Positions 6,940-15,548 of a stretch of DNA of 15,906 nt are shown one piece after another. Made by a program: the position numbers and the translations under genes. This DNA is from Candidatus Iainarchaeum sp. (GTDB lineage Archaea > Iainarchaeota > Iainarchaeia > Iainarchaeales > Iainarchaeaceae). The notes beneath the pieces are model-generated. The model was given only the letters and a program-made list of their open reading frames with translations. It had not been told where the DNA came from and searched no databases. Each line of letters opens with the position of its first letter. Position 1 is the stretch's first letter. The stretch covers positions 1 through 15,906 of the forward strand of contig JAWANB010000021.1 in NCBI GenBank assembly GCA_038895675.1, given 5' to 3'.

Positions 6940-8574
6940 ATGGTGCAAAATGATATGAATCAACAAGTTGTTTTTCTTCCTGAAGGGACTAAGAGGACAA
7001 GAGGCAGAGATGCTCAGAGGATAAATATTTTGGTTGCTAGGGCTGTTGCTCATGCTGTAAAAAGCACTTTAGGGCCTAAGGGCATGGATAAAATGATTGT
7101 TGATGATTTAGGCGACGTGATTATTTCTAATGATGGTGCCACTATTTTGAGTGAGATGAGTATTGATCATCCAGCTGGCAAGATGATGGTTGAGATTGCT
7201 AAAACTCAAGATAATGAGGTTGGTGATGGTACTACCTCTGTTGTTGTTATTGCGGGTTCACTTCTTGAAAAGGCTGAAAAGCTTCTCAATGATGAGATTC
7301 ATCCTTCTATAATAATCAAAGGTTATAGGCTTGCGGCTGAGAAAGCTAAAGAGTCTTTTGAAGAATTAGCTGAAGAAATTAGTATTTCTGACAAGAATCA
7401 GTTAAAGCAAATTGCCATGACTTCTATGACTGGTAAGAGTGCAGAAGGTGCTGAAGAACTTGCAGAGCTTGTTATGAAGGCTTTAGTTCAGGTTTCTGCT
7501 AATGAAGACGGTAAGATAAAGATTGATCTCGAGGATATTAAGGTTGAGAAAAAAGTAGGCGGTAGTGTTAAAGATTCTCAATTGGTTGATGGTATAATAA
7601 TTGACAAGGAAGTTGTTCATTCTGGAATGCCTAAGAAGATCGAGAATGCTAAAATTGCTTTGGTTGATGCTGCCATGGAAATAAAGAGTCCTGAGACTGA
7701 CACTAAGATTCAGATTTCTGATCCTGAACAATTGCAGGCTTTTTTGGATAACGAGGAAGCTACTTTGCGTAAAATGGTTGAGGCTGTGAAGAAGGCTGGT
7801 GCTAATGTTGTTATTTGTCAAAAAGGCATTGATGATATTGCTCAGCATTACCTTGCCAAGGAAGGTATTTTGGCAGTTAGGCGTGTAAAAAAATCTGATA
7901 TGGATGCTTTAGCTAAGGCAACTGGTGCTAAAATCGTTTCAAGAGTCATTGACTTGACTTCTTCTGATTTGGGCAAGTCTGCTTTGGTTATTGAGAGAAA
8001 AATTGCTGGTGACAACATGGTGTTTGTTGAAGGTTGTAAGAATCCTAAGAGTGTTTCTATGCTTATAAGGGGCGGTTCTGAGCATGTTGTTGATGAGGCT
8101 GAAAGGGCAGTGAAGGATGCTATTGGTGCTGTTGCTGCTGCTATAAGGGATGGTAAAATAGTTTATGGTGGTGGCGCAAGCGAAGCAGAGGTTGCTATGA
8201 AGTTAAGGGATTATGCTAAAACCGTTGGTGGTAGGGAGCAACTTGCTGTTGAGGCTTTTGCAGAGGCTTTGGAGACTATTCCAAGGACTTTAGCCGAGAC
8301 GGCAGGCATGGATCCTATTGATACTATTGTTGCTTTGAGGAGTAAGCATGCTTCTAAAGACGGCAAGTGGGTTGGTGTTAACGTTTACACTGCAAAGCTT
8401 GATGACATGAAGAAAAACAAGGTGACTGAGCCTTTGAGAGTAAAGACTCAGGCTATTTTGTCTGCTTCTGAGGTTGCTGAAATGCTCTTGCGTATTGACG
8501 ACATAATAGCAGGTAGTGGTAAGAGTAAGTCAAGTTCTAATACTCCAAGTCCTGATTCAGGCATGGACATGTAA
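6940..8574 (+). CDS. ths: Thermosome subunit (group II chaperonin)
   Basis: Motifs [53 protein letters not shown] and EMLLRIDD. The start was moved to ATG 6940 because of the SD sequence. Confidence 0.97.
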   Translation: MVQNDMNQQVVFLPEGTKRTRGRDAQRINILVARAVAHAVKSTLGPKGMDKMIVDDLGDVIISNDGATILSEMSIDHPAGKMMVEIAKTQDNEVGDGTTSVVVIAGSLLEKAEKLLNDEIHPSIIIKGYRLAAEKAKESFEELAEEISISDKNQLKQIAMTSMTGKSAEGAEELAELVMKALVQVSANEDGKIKIDLEDIKVEKKVGGSVKDSQLVDGIIIDKEVVHSGMPKKIENAKIALVDAAMEIKSPETDTKIQISDPEQLQAFLDNEEATLRKMVEAVKKAGANVVICQKGIDDIAQHYLAKEGILAVRRVKKSDMDALAKATGAKIVSRVIDLTSSDLGKSALVIERKIAGDNMVFVEGCKNPKSVSMLIRGGSEHVVDEAERAVKDAIGAVAAAIRDGKIVYGGGASEAEVAMKLRDYAKTVGGREQLAVEAFAEALETIPRTLAETAGMDPIDTIVALRSKHASKDGKWVGVNVYTAKLDDMKKNKVTEPLRVKTQAILSASEVAEMLLRIDDIIAGSGKSKSSSNTPSPDSGMDM

Positions 8575-8582
8575 TTTTTTTT
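8575..8582 (+). terminator. Possible oligo-T terminator after the thermosome gene
   Basis: A T8 run directly follows the TAA stop. T runs are very common on this strand, so the call is weak. Confidence 0.3.
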
Positions 8583-8627
8583 GCCTGCTTTTTATTACTT
8601 TTTATATTTTTTCTTTCTTTTTTTTTC

Positions 8628-9167
8628 ATGGTAATTATTGTTATTTGTGGTTTGGCAAGGTCAGGTAAGGACACCGCGGCAAATTTTATTACAACGAAAT
8701 TTGGTTTTAGGAAATATTCTTTTAGTTCAGTGCTTTCTGAAATGCTTGAGTCAAAAGGCGTTGTTCCTTCAAAAGAAAACTTGCTTTTACTTGGTAATGA
8801 GTTAAGACAAAAGCATGGCATGGATGTTGTTGCTAGAATGTTGGCTGAAAAAATTTCGGAATCTGACAATTTTGTCCTTGTTGGACCTCGTTCTTTTGAG
8901 GAAATAAGTTTTTTTAAACGAAAATTTTCACGTTCTAGGTTTTTGGTTATTAGGATTGTTGCTGATTCTTCAAGGCGTTTTAAAAGAAAGTCTAACTTGG
9001 ATCCAAAGTCTTTTAAGGATTTTTTTGTGAGAGATGAGAATGATATTAATGAAAAGGGTTTGAAAGAAGTGATAGATTCAGCTGATTTTGAAGTTAGGAA
9101 TGATGGTACTAAAAAAGAGTTTTTCAAGAAATTAAACGATTTGTTGGTAGAGCAGTTAAAACAATAA
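8628..9167 (+). CDS. P-loop nucleotide kinase (UPF0200 / dephospho-CoA kinase-like family)
   Basis: N-terminal IIVICGLARSGKDT (Walker A), GNELRQKHG, and C-terminal RDENDI..GLKEVIDSADFEVRNDG resembling this archaeal family. The substrate cannot be determined from sequence. Confidence 0.8.
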   Translation: MVIIVICGLARSGKDTAANFITTKFGFRKYSFSSVLSEMLESKGVVPSKENLLLLGNELRQKHGMDVVARMLAEKISESDNFVLVGPRSFEEISFFKRKFSRSRFLVIRIVADSSRRFKRKSNLDPKSFKDFFVRDENDINEKGLKEVIDSADFEVRNDGTKKEFFKKLNDLLVEQLKQ

Positions 9168-9230
9168 TGATGTTATGGTGTTTTATTTTTTTTATCTTTG
9201 CTTTAGTTTTTTAAACCTTAATTGGGTCTG

Positions 9231-9238
9231 TTTAATAA
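9231..9238 (+). promoter_or_regulatory. Possible TATA box for the tRNA-Ile/ileS unit
   Basis: TTTAATAA lies 18-25 nt upstream of the tRNA 5' end. Confidence 0.4.
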
Positions 9239-9255
9239 TTGCTTTGTATTTTTTT

Positions 9256-9329
9256 GGGAGTATAGCTCAGCCTGGTAGAGCATTGGTCTTATACACCAAG
9301 CGTCGGAGGTTCAAATCCTCCTACTCCCA
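9256..9329 (+). tRNA. tRNA-Ile(UAU), intronless, CCA not encoded
   Basis: Acceptor stem GGGAGTA/TACTCCC, D arm GCTC-AGCCTGGTA-GAGC, anticodon arm TTGGT-CTTATAC-ACCAA (TAT at 9290-9292), T arm GGAGG-TTCAAAT-CCTCC and discriminator A at 9329. Confidence 0.93.
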
Positions 9330-9344
9330 AGTTTTGTGGTTTTT

Positions 9345-12215
9345 ATGGTGAATTTTAAAAGTTTTGATTTGAAGGTTGAAGAAGAAGTAAGGGAATTCTG
9401 GAAAAAAAACAATATTAGTGAAAAGGCTTTGTCTTTGAATTCTAATGCTGAGGGTTTTTTCATGATGGATGGCCCTCCTTATGCTTCTGGCAATATTCAC
9501 ATGGGCACTGCTTTGAATAAGATTATAAAGGATATTACGATTAGGCAGAAGCGTATGCTTGGTTTTTCTGTTCTTGCTCAACCTGGTTATGATACTCATG
9601 GTTTGCCTATTGAAAATAAAGTTGAAAAGAATCTTGGTTTTACTGCTAAGTCTGACATTGAGGTTTATGGTGTTGATAAGTTTGTTAGTGAATGCAAAAA
9701 ATTTGCTACTCAATATATTGACATAATGAATTCTGAGTTTGAGAATTTAGGAGTTTGGATGGATTGGAAGAACCCTTACCTTACTTTGAGTAATGAATAC
9801 ATTGAGGCTATTTGGTGGACTTTTAAGAGGGCTGACGAAAAAAATTTGCTTTACTTAGGCAAGTATCCTGTTCATGTTTGTCCTCATTGTGAAACAGCTG
9901 TTGCTTATAACGAGATTGAGTACGTAAAGTTGACTGATGTTTCTATTTATGTTAAGTTTAAGGTGAAAGGTTTTGGTAACAAGTTTTTTATTATTTGGAC
10001 TACTACCCCTTGGACTTTGCCTAGTAATACTGGTATAATGGTTCATCCAGAGTTTGATTATGTTGAGGCTCAGGTTGGTAATGAAGTTTGGGTTGTTGCT
10101 AAGGAAAGACTTTCAGTTTTGATGCAAGCTATTGAAGCTGGTTTTACTATTTTGCGTGTTGTTAAGGGAAAGGAGTTAGAAAACATTGAATACGAAAGTC
10201 CTTTGGTTAGTTTTTTGAATTTGCCAAAGCTTAGTGGTGCTTACAGAGTAATTTTGAGTGAGCGGTATGTTAATCTTGATGATGGTACTGGTTTAGTGCA
10301 TTGTGCTCCTGGTTGTGGTAAAGAGGATTATGATGCTGGCTCTAAGTATGGTTTGCCTGTTGTTGTTACTGTTTCTTTGAATGGTTTGATGACTGAAGAG
10401 GCTGGAAAGTATTTTGGAAAAAAGGCAAGGGTTGTTGACAAGGAAATAATTGAAGACCTGAAAAATCTTGGTGCTTTGGTTTTCAAGCATGATTATTCTC
10501 ACGATTATCCTGTTTGTTGGCGTTGTAAGACTCCTTTGTTGATGATTGGGACTCCTCAATGGTTTTTTAGAGTTAGCAGTATAAGGGAAAGAATGCTTGA
10601 ACTTAATGAGAGTGTTGTTTGGTATCCTTTTTGGGGTAAGGATAGGTTTAGGAATTGGCTTGAGAATCTTTCTGATTGGCCTGTTTCAAGGCAAAGATAT
10701 TGGGGTGCTCCTTTGCCTATTTGGATTTGTGATTCTTGTGGTGCAAAAAAAGTTGTCGGTTCTTTAGAAGAACTCAAATCTTATTATGGTAAAGAAATAG
10801 TTGACTTGCATAAACCTTGGATTGATGAAGTTACTTGGAAATGTGATAATGTTAATTGTAGTGGTGTTATGAGGCGTGTTTCTGAAGTTCTTGACGTTTG
10901 GTTTGATTCTGGTGTTAGTTCTTGGGGTAGTTTAGGTTATCCATCTAAGAAAGATTTGTTTGATAAATATTGGCCTGCTGCTTTTAATGTTGAAGGTAAA
11001 GATCAAATTAGAGGTTGGTGGAATTCTCAGTTGATAACCAGTACGATTTGTTTTAATGAGAAGCCTTTCAAGACTATCGCAATGCATGGCATGGTTTTGG
11101 ACATAAAAAAGAGGAAAATGTCAAAGAGTCAAGGTAATATTGTTTCGCCTCAAGATGTTATTAATAAGTACAATCGTGATATGTTGCGTTATTATCTCGC
11201 CAAAGAGTTTAAGGGCGAAGACATGTTGTTTGATTGGAATGCTTTTTCTGAAATTTCAAGATTTTTCAATACTCTTTGTAATTCTTATAACTATGCTTTG
11301 ACTTATTTGGAAATTGAGTTCAAAGAAAACTTTGTTTTTGATTTATCAAAATTAAAAGTCGAGGATAAGTGGGTTTTGAGTAGGCTTAATAATCTTAATT
11401 CTGAAGTTTTGGTTTGTTATTCTAAATACAATTATTCTAAGGTTTTGAGTTTGGTTGAGAATTTTGTTTTAGAGGACTTTAGTAGGACTTATATCAAGCT
11501 TGTTAGGGATAGGGCGAAAAAAGACAAGGTTGTTCTTAGTTTTGTTTTTAGCAAGGTTTTTTGGGTGTTAATTAGGCTCATTGCTCCTATAACTCCTCAT
11601 TTGGCAGAGTTCTTTTATTTGAACGCAAAGCGTTTTTCTTTACCGGATTCTGTTCATTTTACGAGAATGCCTCAACCGGAAGCAAGCTTGGTTTTTTCTG
11701 ATTTGGAGAGGGAAATGGTTAGAGCAAAGGATGTTATTGAGGCAACTTTGAGTTTGAGAGAAGAAAACAAGCTTAGGTTGAGATGGCCTTTGCGTGAATT
11801 GGTTATTGTTACTGGTTCTGGCAATAATTTTAAAGAAACAATTAGCATAATAGCAGAGGCTGTTAATGTAAAGCGTGTTGTTGAGTCTAAGTCAGAGCCT
11901 AATGGTAATTTTGTTTCTAAAAAGTTTTCTGATTTTTCTATTTTTGTTTCTTCGGAATTTGACAAGGATTTGAAAGATGAGTGGGAATTAATGGAGTTAA
12001 GAAGGCTTATTCAGGAGAAAAGAAAGCATTTAGGCCTTGATCCTAATAAGGTTGTTGGTTTGTCTTTGTATTGTTCTGATGTTTCTTTCGTTGAAAAGTT
12101 CAAGGTTAGTATTGAAGAAAGCACTAACACTAAAATTAGTTTTTTGAAGAATTGTCCAAGCGGTAAGTCAGAGCGTCTTCTCGAAAGGGCATTTTTTATA
12201 GAGTTAAAAAATTAG
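9345..12215 (+). CDS. ileS: Isoleucine--tRNA ligase (archaeal type)
   Basis: Motifs DGPPYASGNIHMGT (HIGH-like), GYDTHGLPIE, WTTTPWTLP and GTGLVHCAP (editing domain), SRQRYWG, DVWFDSG, EGKDQIRGW and KMSKS. GTG 9336 is an alternative start. Confidence 0.97.
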   Translation: MVNFKSFDLKVEEEVREFWKKNNISEKALSLNSNAEGFFMMDGPPYASGNIHMGTALNKIIKDITIRQKRMLGFSVLAQPGYDTHGLPIENKVEKNLGFTAKSDIEVYGVDKFVSECKKFATQYIDIMNSEFENLGVWMDWKNPYLTLSNEYIEAIWWTFKRADEKNLLYLGKYPVHVCPHCETAVAYNEIEYVKLTDVSIYVKFKVKGFGNKFFIIWTTTPWTLPSNTGIMVHPEFDYVEAQVGNEVWVVAKERLSVLMQAIEAGFTILRVVKGKELENIEYESPLVSFLNLPKLSGAYRVILSERYVNLDDGTGLVHCAPGCGKEDYDAGSKYGLPVVVTVSLNGLMTEEAGKYFGKKARVVDKEIIEDLKNLGALVFKHDYSHDYPVCWRCKTPLLMIGTPQWFFRVSSIRERMLELNESVVWYPFWGKDRFRNWLENLSDWPVSRQRYWGAPLPIWICDSCGAKKVVGSLEELKSYYGKEIVDLHKPWIDEVTWKCDNVNCSGVMRRVSEVLDVWFDSGVSSWGSLGYPSKKDLFDKYWPAAFNVEGKDQIRGWWNSQLITSTICFNEKPFKTIAMHGMVLDIKKRKMSKSQGNIVSPQDVINKYNRDMLRYYLAKEFKGEDMLFDWNAFSEISRFFNTLCNSYNYALTYLEIEFKENFVFDLSKLKVEDKWVLSRLNNLNSEVLVCYSKYNYSKVLSLVENFVLEDFSRTYIKLVRDRAKKDKVVLSFVFSKVFWVLIRLIAPITPHLAEFFYLNAKRFSLPDSVHFTRMPQPEASLVFSDLEREMVRAKDVIEATLSLREENKLRLRWPLRELVIVTGSGNNFKETISIIAEAVNVKRVVESKSEPNGNFVSKKFSDFSIFVSSEFDKDLKDEWELMELRRLIQEKRKHLGLDPNKVVGLSLYCSDVSFVEKFKVSIEESTNTKISFLKNCPSGKSERLLERAFFIELKN

Positions 12216-12228
12216 TTTTTTTATTTTT

Positions 12229-13221
12229 TTATTGTTTTGCGAATGTTTGTGCTACTATTATTGGGAATAATATTGTTGCATCTCCAAAGACTTTTATTGA
12301 GTTTGCTTCTGGCAGTATTTTTCCCCATGAGACTGCTTCATCTGGCGTTGCTCCAGCATCAGAGCCGTCAAATTCTTGTGCGTTGTTTATATATACTGCA
12401 TAATCAGCTCCGTTCCTAAACATGTTTGCGTTCAATATTGCGTGTTTTATTACTCCAGAACCTAATATTATTAGTCCTGTCTTTTTTTGGTCTATTGTAG
12501 TGTCGTTTAACAATACTACATCTAATGCTATGTCAAGTACAAAGTCGTTGTGTTTGTATTTAAAAAAATATAAGTTGTCTCCTATTGCACCATCGGATAT
12601 TGCCGGGCAAAATATTCTTACTTTGTTTTTCCATGCCCAGTACAATATGCTTTTTTCGTTGTTTATTTTTTCTCCCATTTTCCATATTAGTTCTGAAACC
12701 GAAATTACTTTTTTTTGTGTTTTTTGTTCGTTGTGAATTTCTTCTAAGAGTGGTTGCATGAATTTTTCAAATTTTATGTATCTTTCGTTTGGTACAAATA
12801 TGTTTCCTATTCTGTTTATGCCTTTTTTTCTTAGTTCTTTTCCGTTTGCTTTAAAGTCTCCTAATATGAAGTCTCCCAAGCATTTTATTATGTCTTCTTC
12901 TATGCCTCCTGCTGTAGTTACTATGACTTGTACTTTTTTGTGCTTTGTAAGGTATCTGAATATGTCTCTTAATCCAGAGCTAACCATGTTGGAAGTGTAG
13001 CCTAAAAAAATTGTTGACTTTGTTTCAATCATTTTGTTTATTATTTTTATTGCTTTTGCCAAGTGTGTTGCTTGAAACCCTGTTGTGTAATAGCTTTCAA
13101 TTATTTTTTCGTAGTTTGTACCTTGGTCAAAATCATAGCCTAAAATTTTTTCTCCTTTTATTTCTTGGCTTTTTCTTAGTATGTTTTTCCTTGCTATTCT
13201 TTCTTTTGTTTGGTCTGTCAT
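12229..13221 (-). CDS. dys: Deoxyhypusine synthase
   Basis: Motifs TTGFQAT, FLGYTSNMVSSGLR, TTAGGIEED, INRIGNIFVPN, FDGSDAGATPDEAVSWGK (active-site Lys) and DATILFP. Confidence 0.97.
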   Translation of the reverse strand: MTDQTKERIARKNILRKSQEIKGEKILGYDFDQGTNYEKIIESYYTTGFQATHLAKAIKIINKMIETKSTIFLGYTSNMVSSGLRDIFRYLTKHKKVQVIVTTAGGIEEDIIKCLGDFILGDFKANGKELRKKGINRIGNIFVPNERYIKFEKFMQPLLEEIHNEQKTQKKVISVSELIWKMGEKINNEKSILYWAWKNKVRIFCPAISDGAIGDNLYFFKYKHNDFVLDIALDVVLLNDTTIDQKKTGLIILGSGVIKHAILNANMFRNGADYAVYINNAQEFDGSDAGATPDEAVSWGKILPEANSIKVFGDATILFPIIVAQTFAKQ

Positions 13222-13280
13222 TTTAGGTCATTACAATTTTTTTATTCATGAAATCGTTATTGTGCGATTTTTTCATTTTT

Positions 13281-13445
13281 TTATCCGATAATGATTTTTG
13301 CCACTATTATTATTAGTGAAATTACTGCACAAATAATTAGTACTATTTCTGGTTTTATTTTTGGGCCTCCACTTTCCGTGTTGAACTTTAGTATTCCTAT
13401 TGAGCTGCTTGGCCCTGTGTCCGTGTTGCTTTTCACAAGCTTCAA
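13281..13445 (-). CDS. secG: Preprotein translocase subunit Sec61-beta (archaeal SecG), 54 aa, absent from the ORF track
   Basis: Hand translation from TTG: MKLVKSNTDTGPSSSIGILKFNTESGGPKIKPEIVLIICAVISLIIIVAKIIIG*. It shows the Sec-beta pattern S..G..F....KI.PE.V followed by one C-terminal TM helix. An AGGAGG SD lies 7 nt upstream. Confidence 0.9.
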   Translation of the reverse strand: MKLVKSNTDTGPSSSIGILKFNTESGGPKIKPEIVLIICAVISLIIIVAKIIIG

Positions 13446-13452
13446 TTTTATT

Positions 13453-13458
13453 CCTCCT
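13453..13458 (-). promoter_or_regulatory. Shine-Dalgarno sequence of Sec61-beta
   Basis: CCTCCT on the + strand reads AGGAGG on the - strand, 7 nt before TTG 13445. Confidence 0.85.
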
Positions 13459-13482
13459 TGATATTAATGTTCTTGAGAAACG

Positions 13483-13494
13483 TTTATATATAAA
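13483..13494. promoter_or_regulatory. Palindromic TATA element between divergent genes
   Basis: TTTATATATAAA is a perfect 12-bp palindrome reading TTTATATA on both strands. Its spacing fits a transcription start just upstream of the Sec61-beta SD. Confidence 0.65.
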
Positions 13495-13588
13495 GACGAA
13501 TTTATTAATCTCAATGTTCTCAAACAAAAGTATTTTAAAACATTAAAAACACAAGATTAACAGGTTAATTGTAGGAGATGACAAAAAA

Positions 13589-14443
13589 ATGTATTCTGGC
13601 GGTAATGATGAAAATTTGCCTCCTGCTCCTGAATATGATGAACCTATTCAAAACAAATTGAGGCTACATCTCGAGGGCGTAGTTCCTTTAGTTCTTATTG
13701 CTATTATTGGTTTCTTTTTGGCTGTCAATTTTGGTTTGATCGATAGGAATACTCCTATTATTGGCCAATTAGTTTATTTGGCTGACTTTGGCGGTAAAAC
13801 AAAAATGCTTATTTTGGGATCTACGAGTAGAGAAGTTCTTGATATTCTTAATGATAATCGTCATATAATAGATTATGACTTAAAGTCTGTTGATTCTGTT
13901 GAGCGTAATCCTTCAGAAATTCTTGCGAATTATAAGATTGTGATGCTTGACCAAAGTCAAGAGTCTAATAAAGAAGTCTCAAAAAAACTCGGGGAGGCTA
14001 TTCAAAGGTACGTTAAAAATGGCGGGAAATTTATTTTGGTAATGGATTCTGGCATTAGAAGGCCTGATACTTTTGATGTTATTGGTTGGCGTAATACTTT
14101 TGGTGACATAATTCCTGTTGATTGTGATAGAGTTTCTAATAATTTGCCTTCTTGCACTCAACCTATTATAGTGAGTGGTAAATTGTATAAGCAGGATGAG
14201 CACCATAAAATAATGGAAGGCATTGATATTTATCCAGCAGAGCCATTTAGGAATGCTGCTTTCAAGGTGTTTGATGTAAGTGTCAATGGTAGAGAAATAG
14301 CTTACATTCAATCAGAGTTTAATAAAAAATCTTACCCTGCGATTGTAGAGAAAAAATTAGTTATTGGTAAGAGTATTTACTTTAATTATAATCCTGGCTT
14401 GACTAGAGGAATATTTGAAAGTACTCTTTACTATTTGCGATAA
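13589..14443 (+). CDS. Membrane-anchored hypothetical protein with a possible class I glutamine-amidotransferase-like fold
   Basis: TM segment VVPLVLIAIIGFFLAVNFGLI. The pattern LANYKIVML...EAIQRYVKNGGKFILV resembles GATase1-like/ThuA-like domains. GGAG(ATGA) SD-like element at 13574. Confidence 0.75.
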   Translation: MYSGGNDENLPPAPEYDEPIQNKLRLHLEGVVPLVLIAIIGFFLAVNFGLIDRNTPIIGQLVYLADFGGKTKMLILGSTSREVLDILNDNRHIIDYDLKSVDSVERNPSEILANYKIVMLDQSQESNKEVSKKLGEAIQRYVKNGGKFILVMDSGIRRPDTFDVIGWRNTFGDIIPVDCDRVSNNLPSCTQPIIVSGKLYKQDEHHKIMEGIDIYPAEPFRNAAFKVFDVSVNGREIAYIQSEFNKKSYPAIVEKKLVIGKSIYFNYNPGLTRGIFESTLYYLR

Positions 14444-14558
14444 TCTTTTTGCTTTTTCAAGTCGTTTTTTAGGTTGTTAGTTTTCTATTTTTTTGTTTGT
14501 TTTTTGTATTATTTATTTTTTATTTTAATTTTTAAATTGTTTTGTTATTTTTTTTGTT

Positions 14559-15548
14559 ATGAATCTTATAGGTAGTCTTGTTATTATTTTTGAACTAGCA
14601 GTGCTTGTCGTTATTGGTTTTTATTTAGGCAAAACTTTGCATTTTTTGTTAATAAAATTGTTTCGTTTTTTTGCTAAAAAAACAAAGTCTTCTTTGGACG
14701 ATATTTTAATGGAATACATTGAGAAGCCTTTAGAAGTCTTGATATTAGTTTTATTTTTGACTTTCACTACCAATTTTTTTGAGAATTTGAATTTTGTTAG
14801 TTTTCAAATAAGATCTTATCTTGACTCAATACTCATTTTAGTTGGAGCTTACTTTTTGTCCGAGTTGACAGGCGGTTTAATAAAATGGTATTATGAAGAA
14901 GGAAAGGAAAAGTTCAATATAATAGACGTGACTTTTTTGCCTTTGATTAGGAAAGTTACTAAAATAGTTATTCTTGGTGCTGGAATAACTTTTTCTTTAG
15001 CTTCTGTTGGAATTGATGTTACTGGCATTTTTACTATAACTGCTGTAATTGGTATTGTTCTTGGTTTGGCTTCGCAAGAAACTTTAGCTAACATTTTTGC
15101 AGGAATTGCGTTGCAACTTGACAGGCCTTTTGCTTATAAAGAATACATAAAGTTTATTACTGGGGAAATAGCGCGAGTTGAAAAAATAGGAATAAGAAGT
15201 TCAAAACTCCTTGATTTAAATGGGAATTTGATAATTATTTCTAATTCAGAGCTTGCTAAGCAACGCATAGTAAATTTGAGTAGACCCTACAATAATTTTC
15301 CAATCAATTTAGCATTAGAGTTTCCAGTTTCATTAAAATTTGATGTTGTTTTATCAAATCTAGAAAAGTACGCTAAAAAAGTTGAAGAAAAAGGGCTTGC
15401 TAATAAAGGCACTATTTTAGTTTTAGATTCTGTTAAAAAGGACTCTTATGTTATATTGGTAAAGTTTAGTGTTAAAAATCCAAAAGACATTGAAGAAGTC
15501 AAAAAATTGTTTAATGAAACTGCTTTGGGTTTGATACAAAAAAATTAG
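14559..15548 (+). CDS. mscS: Small-conductance mechanosensitive channel (MscS family)
   Basis: Several TM helices followed by GIVLGLASQETLANIFAGIALQLDRPF, RVEKIGIRSS and LIIISNSEL. Confidence 0.93.
   Translation: MNLIGSLVIIFELAVLVVIGFYLGKTLHFLLIKLFRFFAKKTKSSLDDILMEYIEKPLEVLILVLFLTFTTNFFENLNFVSFQIRSYLDSILILVGAYFLSELTGGLIKWYYEEGKEKFNIIDVTFLPLIRKVTKIVILGAGITFSLASVGIDVTGIFTITAVIGIVLGLASQETLANIFAGIALQLDRPFAYKEYIKFITGEIARVEKIGIRSSKLLDLNGNLIIISNSELAKQRIVNLSRPYNNFPINLALEFPVSLKFDVVLSNLEKYAKKVEEKGLANKGTILVLDSVKKDSYVILVKFSVKNPKDIEEVKKLFNETALGLIQKN

Noticed and set aside
9327..9329. Apparent encoded CCA at the tRNA 3' ends (also 5360-5362)
   Set aside because: The CC belongs to the acceptor stem and the A is the discriminator, so CCA must be added enzymatically.
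13273..13527. 84-aa minus-strand ORF in the track
   Set aside because: It overlaps the Sec61-beta frame, which has an SD and family motifs, and it runs through the TATA element.
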